DNA of 64,000 bases from Podarcis cretensis (Eukaryota), in contig OX638150.1 in assembly GCA_951804945.1 (NCBI GenBank), positions 35,836,001-35,900,000 of the forward strand, written 5' to 3'. The notes beneath the pieces are model-generated. The model had not been told where the DNA came from and searched no databases. It was given only the letters and a program-made list of their open reading frames with translations. The translations under genes and the position numbers were made by a program. Below, in pieces: positions 49,876-62,562 of the stretch; positions within the stretch are counted from its first letter, which is position 1; each line of letters opens with the position of its first letter.

Positions 49876-50021
49876 CTGGATGAGGGAGTCAAATGTCTTC
49901 TTCTGGTGGTGTTCGGGGATGATTTCTGTCAGTAGCTGATACTCGCTTTGGGCCAGTTTGATGAAGGCGCTAACACAGTGGATGTAAGCATCGATCTCCA
50001 TGTCCAACATGTCATCTCTCC
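49876..50021 (-). CDS. EXOC7: EXOC7 exon (GRDDMLDMEIDAYIHC...FDSLIQ)
   Basis: 146 nt, ctacag|...|GTCTTC. Confidence 0.96.
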
Positions 50022-51616
50022 CTGTAGGGATTGCACAAGCGTAGAAGATGTCAGTTTCCTGTGGCAACCTGATAATATTAGCATATATTTTCATTTGTAG
50101 TGGAGCAGTTTGTGTCTAGCACCACTGACTTCAAACTATACAAATAACCCAAATTTTGTTACATGCCAGCCCACAGGGTGCATCTAGGGGTGGGAGGTGA
50201 ATATTTCATGTTCTTCTTGACAGGATACAATGTTTTAAGAAGCTAAGCGCAAGCATTTAAGGGGAGCCCAAATGTGAATGATTCAACACATTCACTCACA
50301 CCTTAAAAGCACCTTAAATTTGTACAACAGTCTCTAGTGTTGATTGACATGTGCCTTTGTGAAACAGAATTTCTCCTAAAGAATTCCATCCTAGAAAGGA
50401 TCTATCCTATTTGCAACAGCATCATTGATACAAAAGGAAGGACTTGCCTTGCCTTGATTTAGTAGCACATTCCACTCCTAAAACATTTATGCCCAACAAA
50501 GTAAAGGAACATAAAAAAAAATACTTTAGCTGATAAAACTAGGGTAATGCCTTTAAAAAACCCTAATGCCACAAGACATCAGTATACCTCCAACATGCTA
50601 GAATAATCTGTCTTTCAGCTGAGAGTGAGACAAAAATGCTTTTCAATGAATAAATAATGTCAATAAGTTCTTGATGCCAAAAATAGCAGAATAAGGCCCT
50701 CAGTGGGCCAGGAACATATTCCACGTCTCTCTTCTTGGAACAGTGCCTCTCCCCATGATGCTACTGGATTTCCTATTGGCTTCTTTCCCCCATTATTTCT
50801 ACAAGATCTACCCCCAGAAGCCAATTCTTCTGTCTTGAATAATGGAATAGGTATCCAGTATATTACAAAACCCTTGTGCCATGATGTCTGCTATGATGTG
50901 GGGAGAAGCTGACACATCTATTTTGCCATTATACACACCTATCACCAGAGCATGTGAAGGTATTCTACAATTCTGAGGAAAGTTGCAACTCAGGTTTAAA
51001 AAGAAATGCTTGCAAATACTATTAAAATAGGGGTTTTGAAGACATTAGCCAATATGATGTTATTTTATTCCATTTCTTCTTATATCTTGCTACTGGCACT
51101 GTGACATCATATAATCTGCTCAGTTTTATGTCCACTGAAGAGATACACCCACCCACCCACCATTCAGTTGAAGATGGGTGTTTGGAGAACTTGCACAGCA
51201 GAGATAATTATGCGTAAAAATACCAGGGACAAGTTCTACTGAACTGAAATCTTGAATAAATGGGAAAGAACAGCCTAGACAGTCATCTCTCATATGAGTG
51301 GCTTAGCACTTTAAGATTAAACTGTATTCGGGGGTTGTGGAGAAGAGTGCTAAAGGAAAGAGGTTCCAGCTAGTATAGGAGGTTTGTGCTGCGGCCACTC
51401 TTTTGGACGGATCCATCCATGTCAACCCTTCTTGTGCCCATGTTGTCTTTCAGACTAGCAGAGATCAGCACAATCCGGTGCGGCTTGAAAAAGTCAGATA
51501 CTCCGATTTGGGGTGGGAGAGGAAATTCACCTGGAACTGTCCTAGGAGAATACCTCAAGAAACACTCAAAATAAAAGTATTAAATTAGCCAGCTTAAGTT
51601 TTAATATGGTACTTAC

Positions 51617-51685
51617 CAGCAGCTGGCCCATGCTTGTCACTCAGGGTGTCGGAAAGGTGTTTAACTCGTAAATCATGCTCATGAC
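51617..51685 (-). CDS. EXOC7: EXOC7 alternative exon 8 (GHEHDLRVKHLSDTLSDKHGPAA)
   Basis: 69 nt, phase 1-1, cgctag|...|GTAAGT; resembles human GHEHDFRVKHLSEALNDKHGPLA. Confidence 0.92.
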
Positions 51686-52375
51686 CTAGCGAGATGTCAG
51701 CGGGCATTAACAGAAGGAGTGGTTTATCCAGGCCATCACAGTGCTTGTCTCTTCAGGTTTTATTTGCTTGTCTCAGACATTTACAAGTGTTTTCCTGGCA
51801 ACCCGGTCTACGACCCCCTTTTCCAATACCATAGTAGTAGCAGTTTCAAACATGATCAAGAATATGGCATAATGCATGGTTCATAGTTAAAAGCAAGCGC
51901 CACCGTTATTCTGCCTTTGTTTCTAAATGTAGTCCCTAAAATTCATTTAGAGACAGCAAGGCATTGTACTTTGAATTAACGATTCCAATTTGATCAAGGT
52001 TGAAAGGGCTGCTACCTTTCCAGATGAAGTGAACAAGGATAGATCATGGAGAGAAAAGGTCACACCAAGCTACAACAGAACTTCTGTTAGCCAGTCAAAC
52101 TGCATCACAGATTGGACCTCTCTAAATTTATGTGGCCTGCAACTCTTTAGAGCATTGCAAAGAGTTACCTGCTGCCCTATCTTTTTGTATTGGTCTCTTT
52201 GCTCTTTGTGCAGTTTTTGTGTCCCAAAGACACAAGAAGCCAGGATATTTATTGAGCAACCTCATTGTATAGGGCAGTGGGGCTAAAGACTAACAGAAGC
52301 CTTGAAGGCGGAAGAAAGGCCAATACCCAAGTTAGACGCCCCCCTTCAAGAGTGAAAAGTGAGAGAAGCGATTAC

Positions 52376-52468
52376 CTTCCATAGGAATGAGGTTAGAGGC
52401 CCCCTTTTTCCCATCTAGACATTGCTGAGAATACTGTTTCAGAAGATTCTGAGCCTTACGGATCGTGC
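52376..52468 (-). CDS. EXOC7: EXOC7 alternative exon 7 (GTIRKAQNLLKQYSQQCLDGKKGASNLIPME)
   Basis: 93 nt, phase 1-1, gtgacag|...|GTAATC; CU-rich upstream tract. Confidence 0.95.
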
Positions 52469-54624
52469 CTGTCACCAGAGCCACAAGAGAGGAGAGACAA
52501 AGAGACCTTGGAAATGAATGAGAGAGAAACAAAACACAAAGCAACCCTCCACCAGTGCCTTGCCAACCAAACCTAGCATGGCAGTGCTGGCCAACAGTGA
52601 GAATGCTCTGCATATACACATACACAGACTCAGGAATGCCCAATTATGTGCCCTTTAATACTGCCACCAATCCCCTTAGGGAGACTGAAGAACTACTGCA
52701 ACGTGCTCTAAGTGGCGCTTGCCTTGAAAATGGTCCAGAAGCTGCAGTCAGTGAAGAACGCAGCTGCTAGGTTGGCAAGTTGGGCAGCCTGATGGGACCG
52801 TGTGCTACTAGACCCAATTCAAGGTACTAGTACTAGTAGATAAAGCCCTAGATGGCTTCGCTTATTACAGATGCTGCATGAGCACCACAAAGGGGAGGAC
52901 CATTTCTTTGCAGTGTGAGTTCCACGCAGAGCCCTGTGCACTCTCATAGTCAGAGGTCCTGCTTGAGTTTCCCAACCAGCTAAGGTTAAGCAGGTGTATA
53001 CAAGGGTCAGGGCCTAAACTGTGGAAGATAGCCTTGTCCCTTCTTTAATTTTAAATCACCATCCCATCTATATGTGGCTTTTCAGGGAAGCTTTTGTGGG
53101 AAAGCTGAGGATTCTTGCTCTGTTGAGGGTTAATCCTCATTTTCTGTTGTTTCTGTTAATTCGTAGTCTTGGATGACTTCTTTTGCTTTAATTGTTTTAT
53201 CCTTTCTATCTGTTTTGTTTTTATTAATTTTTGTGATGGCTTTATTGTTTTTATTACCTTGTCAGCTGCTCTGAATCTTGAGAAACAGGACATTAAGAAT
53301 TTTAAAACTAATAACGGATTGCTGCTGCTATTAAATATTATTTAATAATAATACTGTAAGCAGCAACTGCTTGCATCATTTAGATTGCATCAGGTTAGAG
53401 CACCTCCCATGAGGTCTGTGAGCACAAGCATGGTCTGCCATTTTCCCACAAGGCTACCATTTACAAACTAGAAAGACCATGCCACACAAAAATATTACTG
53501 TTTTGTTTTGTTTTCTGTTTTGTTTTTTGTTTGCATCAACCACATTGCACTTAATGCCTGAAGTCAAACCAAATCAATTCACATAGTTTCCAATACTGCA
53601 TGTGGGAGCAGAAGATTTCGGATATTTTTCTGCTATTATGAAATGAGGGAAGAATATCGAGGATAACTGGTAGGGAGATGCACAGAGAGGCACATGACTC
53701 TGTGCTAGAGACCACCATATACTGAATCCTGGAAATTCTTTCCCAATCCCCTACCAGTCTAGCAGAAGCAGCACAAATGTAAGTCACAAATGACAGCCAA
53801 GCACCCCAAGGCTTCACAGCAGGTACCACATTCCACAGGGAATACCTGCCCCCAATGGCCACATAAGGCATACCCACGGCCTTGTGCGCAGGAACAGCTG
53901 GCCACAAAAGTACGGTAGTTACAGACTGTGTGTTATTCTGAGCATTCTCACCATGGACAGAAAAAAAGGTAAAGTAAAGAGAAAGCTAAGTCTTTACAGA
54001 ACAGGGTAGGCATCCACGAGAGCTGTAGAAAATAGAAGGCAGAAGCTAACAGCACAGCTCAGATCTGCTCCAGCCCCCTTGCCTAGCTGCAAAATGAAAG
54101 GACAAAAAGTCAAGCTGTGCCCCTCCCCAGCCCCTAGGACTCTACTTCTGAATAAATGCAAATGAAATACATCACAAAAATTGAACGTTTTTGTAAAACA
54201 AAAAAACGAAGAAAGCATTAAACTGTAGCTGAAGCAGGATGCTGCAACTAAGAAACACTGAAAAAAGCACAAGAGAAAGCGTTAAAATGTCAGTCCACAA
54301 ACAAACCTCAGTTTACATGAGAATGTATTAGTGAACATGCAACAAAACATACCAACAGAATCAAGAGCGCAGATAGGCATAACCCCCGCCCTCCCTGGTA
54401 CATATACACCCAGAGTGCAAGCAATGCTTTCGACATCAAACAACACTCTAGACACAGACGCAGAAGAAACAAATCTGGAAAGGTATAAAGTGCTTTATAA
54501 CCTTTCCAATGATGGTAAAAATGGACAAACTATGTAATATATCACTAAGAATACCTTTCACTTTTGCTTACAATGCACACACAAACAAGCCAACCCCAGC
54601 ACCCATAATCTAATGGAGATGTGA

Positions 54625-54980
54625 TACTGGCCTTGGTCCAGTATACCTGAAGGAGCGTCTCCACCTGGACGCTGAGGTCCAGCGCCGAGGGCCTTCTGGC
54701 AGTTCCCTCATTGCGAGAAGCAAAGCTACAGGGAACCAGGCAGAGGGCCTTCTCAGTAGTGGCGCCCGCCCTGTGGAACGCCCTTCCAGCAGACGTCAAA
54801 GCGATAAACAACTACCTGACATTCAGAAGACATCTTAAGGCAGCCCTTTTCAGGGAAGTTTTTAACGTGTGATTTTTTACTGTATTTTTGGTTTCTATAG
54901 AAGCCGCCCAGAGTGGCTGGGGAGGCACAGCCAGATGGGCGGGGTATAAATAATAAATTATTATTATTATTATTATTATT
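54625..54980 (+). mobile_element. L2-type LINE 3' end with (TTA)n tail
   Basis: GCCCTGTGGAACGCCCTTCC...CAGAAGACATCTTAAGGCAGCCCTTTTC (LWNALP..FRRHLKAALF) then GGGTATAAATAATAAATTATTATT. Confidence 0.8.
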
Positions 54981-57900
54981 AGCCCTATTGCTGATTAAAA
55001 ATACTGCAAATACTGTGTACCCCACTTAGAGCAGATATCATGGTACAATTGCACTTTATGTACTGTAACAAAATAATGGTGAAAGAAGTACCCTTGCCAC
55101 TGCTGCGAGCCTTTATGTTTCTATTTATGCTAAGCACACCTTGTATCAATGGAATGCACTTTTCTGAAACAAGAGAATATTTGGCTTAACAATTTGCCTA
55201 AAACTTTGTGGGCATACAAATGCAGTATACATCAAAGAAGGCAAGTTTAGCTTTGAATGTGTGGAATTGTATTCAGGGAAAGAACTAAGGCAGCAGAAAT
55301 CTCTCCTCAAAAGTTGTCATTGTGACAATATTATTATAGTTGCATTATTTATCAAATGCCATCATATGGTAGGATAACGACAGCAGGGCAGAAGATACAG
55401 TAAGCTGTTCTCCACCTGCCAGATATTTAAAACTGGTTAACAGCAAGAACATTAATACTGCAGAATCTGCGCTGAGGTTTATTGACTAAATCTATAGAGT
55501 ATTTTTTAAAACATTTTAGAAAACCACAAATGGCTTGCAATCATCACAGGCACTCTATATTAGCCAACTTGCAACAATGCTGTAAACAATGAACTTCATT
55601 TACAAGGGACAGTTCCAATTAAGATAATGCATTTGCAATAAATCATGAGACCAATCATTGCATTAAGAAAGCCAGATCAAGTTATCTTCCAAGTGCTTGC
55701 AAAGAACAACAAATTTTAAATTTTGCTCAAATTCTGTATTATTAAAGTGGAGCATACAAGATCATAAACGGGTGTGCACGTGCCTAATTTTTACATGCCT
55801 TGTGTCTGAAAGCAATGCTAGCAGTCAGCAAGTATTGCTAAATGAGGCACAGGCCACCCGGGGCTCCTGTGGGAGGAAAAGTGGGGTGTAAATTTAATAA
55901 ATATTGAACTTTAAAAATCCCTTTTCCCTGCAAAAGTATGAAGCCATTCTTAAGCTTTTTGAACTGTGCAATTGACCCATGCTTCCTGAATTCCTAGAAT
56001 TAGGTTACCCATGCTACATTTTTTGAGCCTTACCACTGATTATGCAAAACATCACTAGGCTCTGAAGAGCTGGTGCATAATTGAAATTAGCACTCTTATT
56101 TTTGTTGAGAATGTAAATATGACTCTAGCTACTATGTATTTAGCAAGCATCAGTATGAGCTATTCCCTATGCAAAACTACAAAGTTAAGTCTTCCATACT
56201 CTCTACAGATAAGGGACCTTGGCTCACTGTCTTCCTCTGATTTGCATAAGAACAATTAGCCATATTTACCTCCAGACACACCAAGTGCTTCTGGGTATTA
56301 AATCAGTGCTACTGGAGAACAGAGTACTTAGCATCCTAATTAGGCCTTGATGGATTCTATTGGAAACCAACTGCTTTTGTTCTAGGTTTATTTCTCCCGA
56401 TTAGGCACTTTTGAACCAAGTGGGACAGCATGGCGGTTACTAATGAAGGCATCACATTCAAGGTAGAGGCAGTGATCAAGCCGAGAGAGGAGAAACAGGC
56501 TGTTACTTCTAAGCTTACACAGCTGTCCTCAAAACATTATCTCCTTGCAAGCATTCGGGAAGTCAGTAACCCAGTGGTTCTTGTATTGGGGGTGGACGGT
56601 GGACTTGGAGACATCTAGGTTACTTGTAGCATAGTGGTGAGGGAACTTTAGGTCCTTTCCCCATGAAGAGACATATTTTCAACATAAATAATTCTGTTAG
56701 TGCAATGGCTTCAAAGACTTTTATTAAAAGTCACTCCACAGCAGAAAGCCGCCCCCAACTTTGCTCAGGACCAAACTATCAGCTTTGTTCCTATTATGAA
56801 GCAAAAATGTGTCTAAACATCATGATGGCATCTCTCCCAAGTCGATAAATTAGTGATCCATTTAAGAAGTCCCAAGGAATCACTGAGCATGCCCCCTTGT
56901 AATTTCTTTGCATTAAAAACTATCCTTGAATACTGCAAGATTTTGTCTGGAATGATGTAGAGATATTGGGGCGGGTGGGTGGGGGAGCAACAGCGTAAAA
57001 GGGTTGAAATCCTTATATTGAGAAGACAAGCTCTCCTCAAGTTCAGTTACACTTTGGTGGGGCTCTATCATTTACATCCATGAATATAACACTTTCGTAG
57101 CACATATTCTCCCAGCTCATGATACCTGCTCCATGAGACTTTTCTCTTTTTTCAGGAGGGAGGGGCAAGGTCTTAACTCATTCAATGTATGGGATTAAAA
57201 TAGGCATGTAGTACAGAGATACCCTTCCATTAGAGCCATGGAACACTAACTAGAAGCTAAACATTGGCTGGGGGGGGGGTGGAGTGAACATGATTTTTTC
57301 AAGCAGCAGCACAGAAAATGGAACAGTTGCTTCTTTGCCCATCATTCAAGACAGATAAGAGACAAAATAAGGGATGATTACATTCCGACAAAAGAAACCA
57401 AGAGCGACAATTTTGACAGAGACATTAGAATGTCACGTGAAGAGCTGCCCTTGAAAGCTGAATAGTTTTGGGAAATAAAACTGAGTGATTCAGTATCTGC
57501 CAAATAATTATATAGCACAATTATCTGTCATTATGTTTAAAGATTTGCTTCTCTGCAGGTCTACTTCAAACACACACTGTTAGTTGGGATTGATCATTTT
57601 CCAGGTTTCTAGTTGATCACCAACTGAGAAAGCTAGCAGACCGAGCACATCCAGCATGTCAGAAATACGTGTTTCATTCAGTTTGGCATTATAGGTGCTG
57701 TAGGCAAATGGGTAGCACACATGACAAAATTATTTAAGGATGTTAATTAGCCTCGTGTGGTCCACTGAATTGTCCCTACACTTCACACAACTGTAGCAAC
57801 CCACTGGTTTGGAAATATCAGAGGCAGTCAGACAAGGATGACTTCACTGCATCTACTGCCTTACACACCAGATAAAGTGGTATGTCTCAGACAAAACAGC

Positions 57901-58288
57901 AGTTTTAGTCTCAGGGTTGGAAAAACAAAAACATCATTGGCGGTAAGTGATATATTGCTCTCAGTAAATTAACATTTGCTTCCATCTTACTGAGAGGTAA
58001 AATGTCTGATAGTCTAGTCAATGTATATGTACACATGGACAGTGGACCTGGCTTTAATTTAAAAATCTGACCCCAAACCTCCTCAGCTTCTCTCTTAGCA
58101 CAGTCAGCTTTCAGGAAGAACTCCAGGGCATTGTAACTATGCCCCTCCATAGGCAAATATCCCCTTGAAAAAACCCAAGCACAGACTTTGCTAGCACTAG
58201 TAATAGGTCTGCAATGGCATCTTAGCACATAGATGTTTAGTTAAGGTCTGTCAAGCTGCAGAAGAGACACACAGAACACACACTTTAC

Positions 58289-58300
58289 CTGGGATGAGGA
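58289..58300 (-). CDS. EXOC7: EXOC7 12-nt alternative microexon (VLIP)
   Basis: gacag|TCCTCATCCCAG|GTAAAG, phase 1-1, gives KRP-VLIP-GTIRK; U-rich tract upstream. Confidence 0.75.
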
Positions 58301-58638
58301 CTGTCATTCACATAAGGATTATAAAAACAAAAACAAAGACATAGAACAATTATAACATGCTATTGTAATGCCTCATAACTCAAATCTCAGACTGTTCTAC
58401 AAATCTCCTACTTGTCTATTATTTCTATAGATTGGGAGAACATTTATAATTCTTAGTTTCATCCAGTAAAATTATTATCTTTTTCCCCCAGACACACTTC
58501 ACAATGCTTTGAATTGATCTGGATAAACAGAAGATGAAGCTGGTATAAAATACGTACCTCCTTAAACATTGTTTTCTCTTCCAGATAGTTATCATTTTTA
58601 ATCAATGAAACAGCTACACTCTACACTTGTATGTAAAT

Positions 58639-58792
58639 CATGGGCGTAGTCAGGATTTTTGTTAGGGTGCCAAGACTTTGTTGGGGGGGGCAGCACCAAC
58701 ATGACTGGTCAGTTAATTAAGTATTTCTATTGTTTTATTTGATCTAGGCGGGCAGCTGCCCCCCTTGCCACCCCACCTAAGCTATGCCCATG
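58639..58792. mobile_element. hAT-like MITE
   Basis: CATGGGCGTAG...CTATGCCCATG TIRs; 8-bp TSD ATGTAAAT/ATGTAAAA. Confidence 0.75.
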
Positions 58793-59665
58793 ATGTAAAA
58801 GCCAACAGCCTAGAGCAGTCAAATAGCAAGAAAATCTTAGCACTCAGGAGATTTAAAATAACTCTTGGTGTGAGAATCTTTTAAATACTTACAGCAACTG
58901 TTATAATCAAGGAACCCTTAAAATTAAGCCCTTTGTTCCACACAGTACTTGCTGTGGGTGAAAGTTCAGCAAAGGGATTTTTTATTTTGCAATTTTATAG
59001 AGGCTCCACATGACCAACAGTGGGCAGTGGGGAGTTCCATGAAGGAAATCACTCTAGCATCTACACTTGAGCAATATGTGCATGAATGTTTGGCAAAAAA
59101 GCAATTTTCTATAGCTAGCACAGTCTGTGACAATGGAGGAATTATAACAGACTCTAGCTTTTTCATACTAATAACAACAGCAGAGCCCATCTGCCCCCAA
59201 TGAGACCTGGGCACTCTTGCTGAGACTGATGGTTCAAGGAACACAGTACAAAAACCTTCTGTCTAGATTCACAGATCTTCCGTCTAGATTCATAGAGTGT
59301 GTTAAAATGCTTGCTGTATCTGCAAGCATGTCTACTGGGGCCAGTGAAATATGATGGGCATCTCAAAGTCTTGGAAGTGGCCCAGGGAATGGTGGGTCCT
59401 CCATACATCACTTTCCTTATAACCATTTCATTAAAAAAAGAAAGAAAAGAACACAATGCAGCTTTTATTTAAGGGGCTCTTCACAGCAACCTGGAAATTT
59501 ATGTAGGCATCCAACCAAAATGGAAACATCTAGAAAATACCTAATGAAAAACCAAACATCACAAGACAAAGAGAACTCCATCAGATGAACAGACTGATTA
59601 AAAAGCAAGACTATTAAGACTGGAGCTTCCAGTTGTTACACTGGCATGTAACACTTCGGACTAAC

Positions 59666-59833
59666 CTGGTCTTTTGATGGGCTTTTTAGTTGGTGTGTCC
59701 TTCCTCTTGTTCTGAATGGCAGGGGAATATGGAACCCCCGAGGAAGAGCTATTTTTCCGGAAATGCTCCTTCAGTCCTTTGATGGAACGATCCAACTGGC
59801 TGGAACGGATCTGATAGTAAACATTCATGAAGT
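59666..59833 (-). CDS. EXOC7: EXOC7 exon (DFMNVYYQIRSSQLDRS...KKPIKRP)
   Basis: 168 nt, tcctag|...|GTTAGT. Confidence 0.97.
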
Positions 59834-60340
59834 CTAGGAAGAAATATACACACACTTAGTAGTGTACATCAGCAGTTAGTTTTTTTTTTGTTCCAAACCA
59901 CATTTGATATTATCAAAGCTATCGTGACGGGAGGGAATCAAACAATAATTTTGTTTAAAATTTGACAGCATTTCTTGCTTAATGGAAAAACGAACGTCAA
60001 TCTTCAAACAATATAATCCATAAATTTGAATTATAAATTTTATATTCCGTGTTCAGATAAAACTTGCTTATTTTGTATTAATTGAAATAAACTTGGATTT
60101 TAAAAGAAACCTCATCAGTACATCAAAATGCATGTCTGGTGCATCTTAAGCTTTATTCATATGAATGTGTGGCTTAGCCAGTAGATACTAAGTTAGTAAA
60201 AAATCCTGCTGAAAAAAGAAAAACAAAGCAAACTTGTTTGAAAATTGCATTAGTTGTTGATAGAAATATTTTAACACCAATATGTTAAAAAAACAACAAC
60301 ATATTACTACTACAGTAAAATCAGACCACTTCTACTAGTT

Positions 60341-60675
60341 AAAAGGTAAAGGGACCCCTGACCATTAGGTCCAGTCGCGGGCGACTCTGGGGTTGTGGCG
60401 CTCATCTCGCTTTACTGGCTGAGGGAGCCGGCGTACAGCTTCCGGGTCATGTGGCCAGCATGACTAAGCCGCTTCTGGCGAACCAGAGCAGCGCACGGAA
60501 ACACCGTTTACCTTCCCGCTGGAGTGGTACCTATTTATCTACTTGCACTTTGACATGCTTTCGAACTGCTAGGTGGGCAGGAGCAGGGACCGAGCAACTG
60601 GAGCTCACCCTGTCGCAGGGATTCGAACCGCCAATCTTCTGATTGGCAAGCCCTAGGCTCAGTGGTTTAGACCAT
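60341..60675 (-). mobile_element. Sauria-type SINE, slightly 5'-truncated
   Basis: Same subfamily tail as 856-1196. Confidence 0.88.
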
Positions 60676-61243
60676 AGTTACTTTGTAAAAAAGCTATAGA
60701 ATTCTTTTCAGTGCACATGAAAGTAGTTTTGTATTCTACATCACTCCCAGATGCTTTCTAAATCTAAGCTTCCTACACTTACTACGGTTGTGTTCTAATT
60801 CTCGCCCTACAGTGCTCTCCCTAGAGGCTATGCTGGTGTAAGACCCCGTTCTGTGCTCCCTCTTTAGGCTTCCTCTCTGGGCTCCTGCAGACAGATGCTC
60901 CTCCTCAAACAGCCAGTTAAATCCTGCACCACAAGAAAAACCATGTCATACAACTGATGCCCACAGGGCTTAGTTCAGGCTACAAGAGAGCTTCATAGAT
61001 TAGGGTTGTAGTAACTAATAGTCAGAGTATACATCCTATACGCATAGTACTATAATAATAGATTACTGTAATAATCACAAAGAGCAATTAGAGTTTCACA
61101 GTAGGAATTTCAGAATAGTAGCTGACGGTTAATTTTTATAGAAGCAGGAACACCTTAGAAGTAAACTGACCTTTCTGAATTTGTGTAGGCAATAGACTAC
61201 TACCCTTTCTCATTCTTTCATTCTCAATATAATGATGATGATG

Positions 61244-61285
<42 letters not shown>
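61244..61285 (+). repeat. (AAT)n microsatellite (others: (CAT)n ~769-801, (AG)n ~11088-11125, (TG)n ~48541-48560, (AAT)n ~63480-63515)
   Basis: Direct observation. Confidence 0.9.
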
Positions 61286-62339
61286 TATCAAACAGGGTCA
61301 TTATAAGGATTACAACAAGATTGTGTAGAATAGATGAAGCATAATGAACTCCAGAACACTTTTTAATGCTTAGCATTGTTTTTAAAAGCTGGCACACAAA
61401 ATGTTCCACCTGGAGTTTTATGCAGGGCAGAGGATATGTTTTCATTTTCTATTCCATATTAGCCTGCATCTACTGGCAATATCATCACAAAAATAACCAT
61501 CCTCTGCTCAGAAGGCATACAAAAAACAGACACCCAGGGGATTTTGAAGGTTGTGGACTAGTGAAGTGGAAAAAAAAATCAATGAGCCTATTCCAGGCTC
61601 AGTTCACAAGTGCACACAGTAGAATTATAACTACAGATGAAAAACAACAGATGAGACCCAGGGCAGGAGTGTCCAGCTGTGCATCTTTGCCTACTACACA
61701 CAAACTTTTTAAAAAATGCACCTTTGCTGCATAAGCCATAACTGATCTTAGTATTAGGTTGACAAGTTTTATAATACATGCAAATTTAGTCACTTTAAAA
61801 TAAGGGCTTTGAAGATTTGTGCCACACAGTGGTATTGATTTGAATGTCCTGGTAAGCCAAGGTTCATGGTTTACTTCCACTTCGCTCATGAGCAGGAGCC
61901 ATGATCCTTGGGCTTTGCATTATGCTCAAACAAACCACACCATACATTTAAAGAACATTTATACCACTCTGACAGTCATGGTTTCCCCCACAGAATCCTG
62001 GGAGTTGCATGGATTATGCAAAGCTAACAGGATCAGTTGGGGAAACAAATATTAGAATATGTTCATGTATCATAAATGAGGTGACAACAACTAATTCAAA
62101 TATTATAGAAGAATGTAACCTCAACCACTGCTGATGTCTTAAAATGCACGAAATGCAGTAAGGCTGTCCAAACTATTCAGATCAATTTCATACAATAAAC
62201 TCAAGAAGAGAAGAAAATGAATTCAGCAAGACCAAACTTTAACCCACATTGAAAGCTTAGCAAGATAAGGAGGTCTTAGCTGACTGCCTGAAGCTTAAAA
62301 GAAAGAAAAAGAAAGACAACTAATCACTTCACGACTTAC

Positions 62340-62562
62340 CTTGGTTCCTCCCATACTCCACCAGCCAACCAGAAATACGGACAATGTCCTGCAGAACACT
62401 CTCAGGGAGGTGTTCTAATGTCACATCTTCCTGCAATTCCATTTCATCATCCAAAGTGATGAGATCCAGGATAAGGATTGGTGGAACTGGTTTAGAGTGT
62501 CGTGCCATAAGGCTACGAAATTCAGACTCCAGAGACTCCTTCCCCTTCTCGAACAACAATTT
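62340..62562 (-). CDS. EXOC7: EXOC7 exon (KLLFEKGKESLESEFRSLM...WLVEYGRNQ)
   Basis: 223 nt, aaccag|...|GTAAGT. Confidence 0.97.

Noticed and set aside
58558-58613. Possible cryptic EXOC7 exon ending GAG|GTACGT
   Set aside because: Poor acceptor context, frameshifting, no supporting motifs
38971-60675. All intronic Sauria SINEs are sense to their host gene
   Set aside because: Only five copies; too few to distinguish from chance
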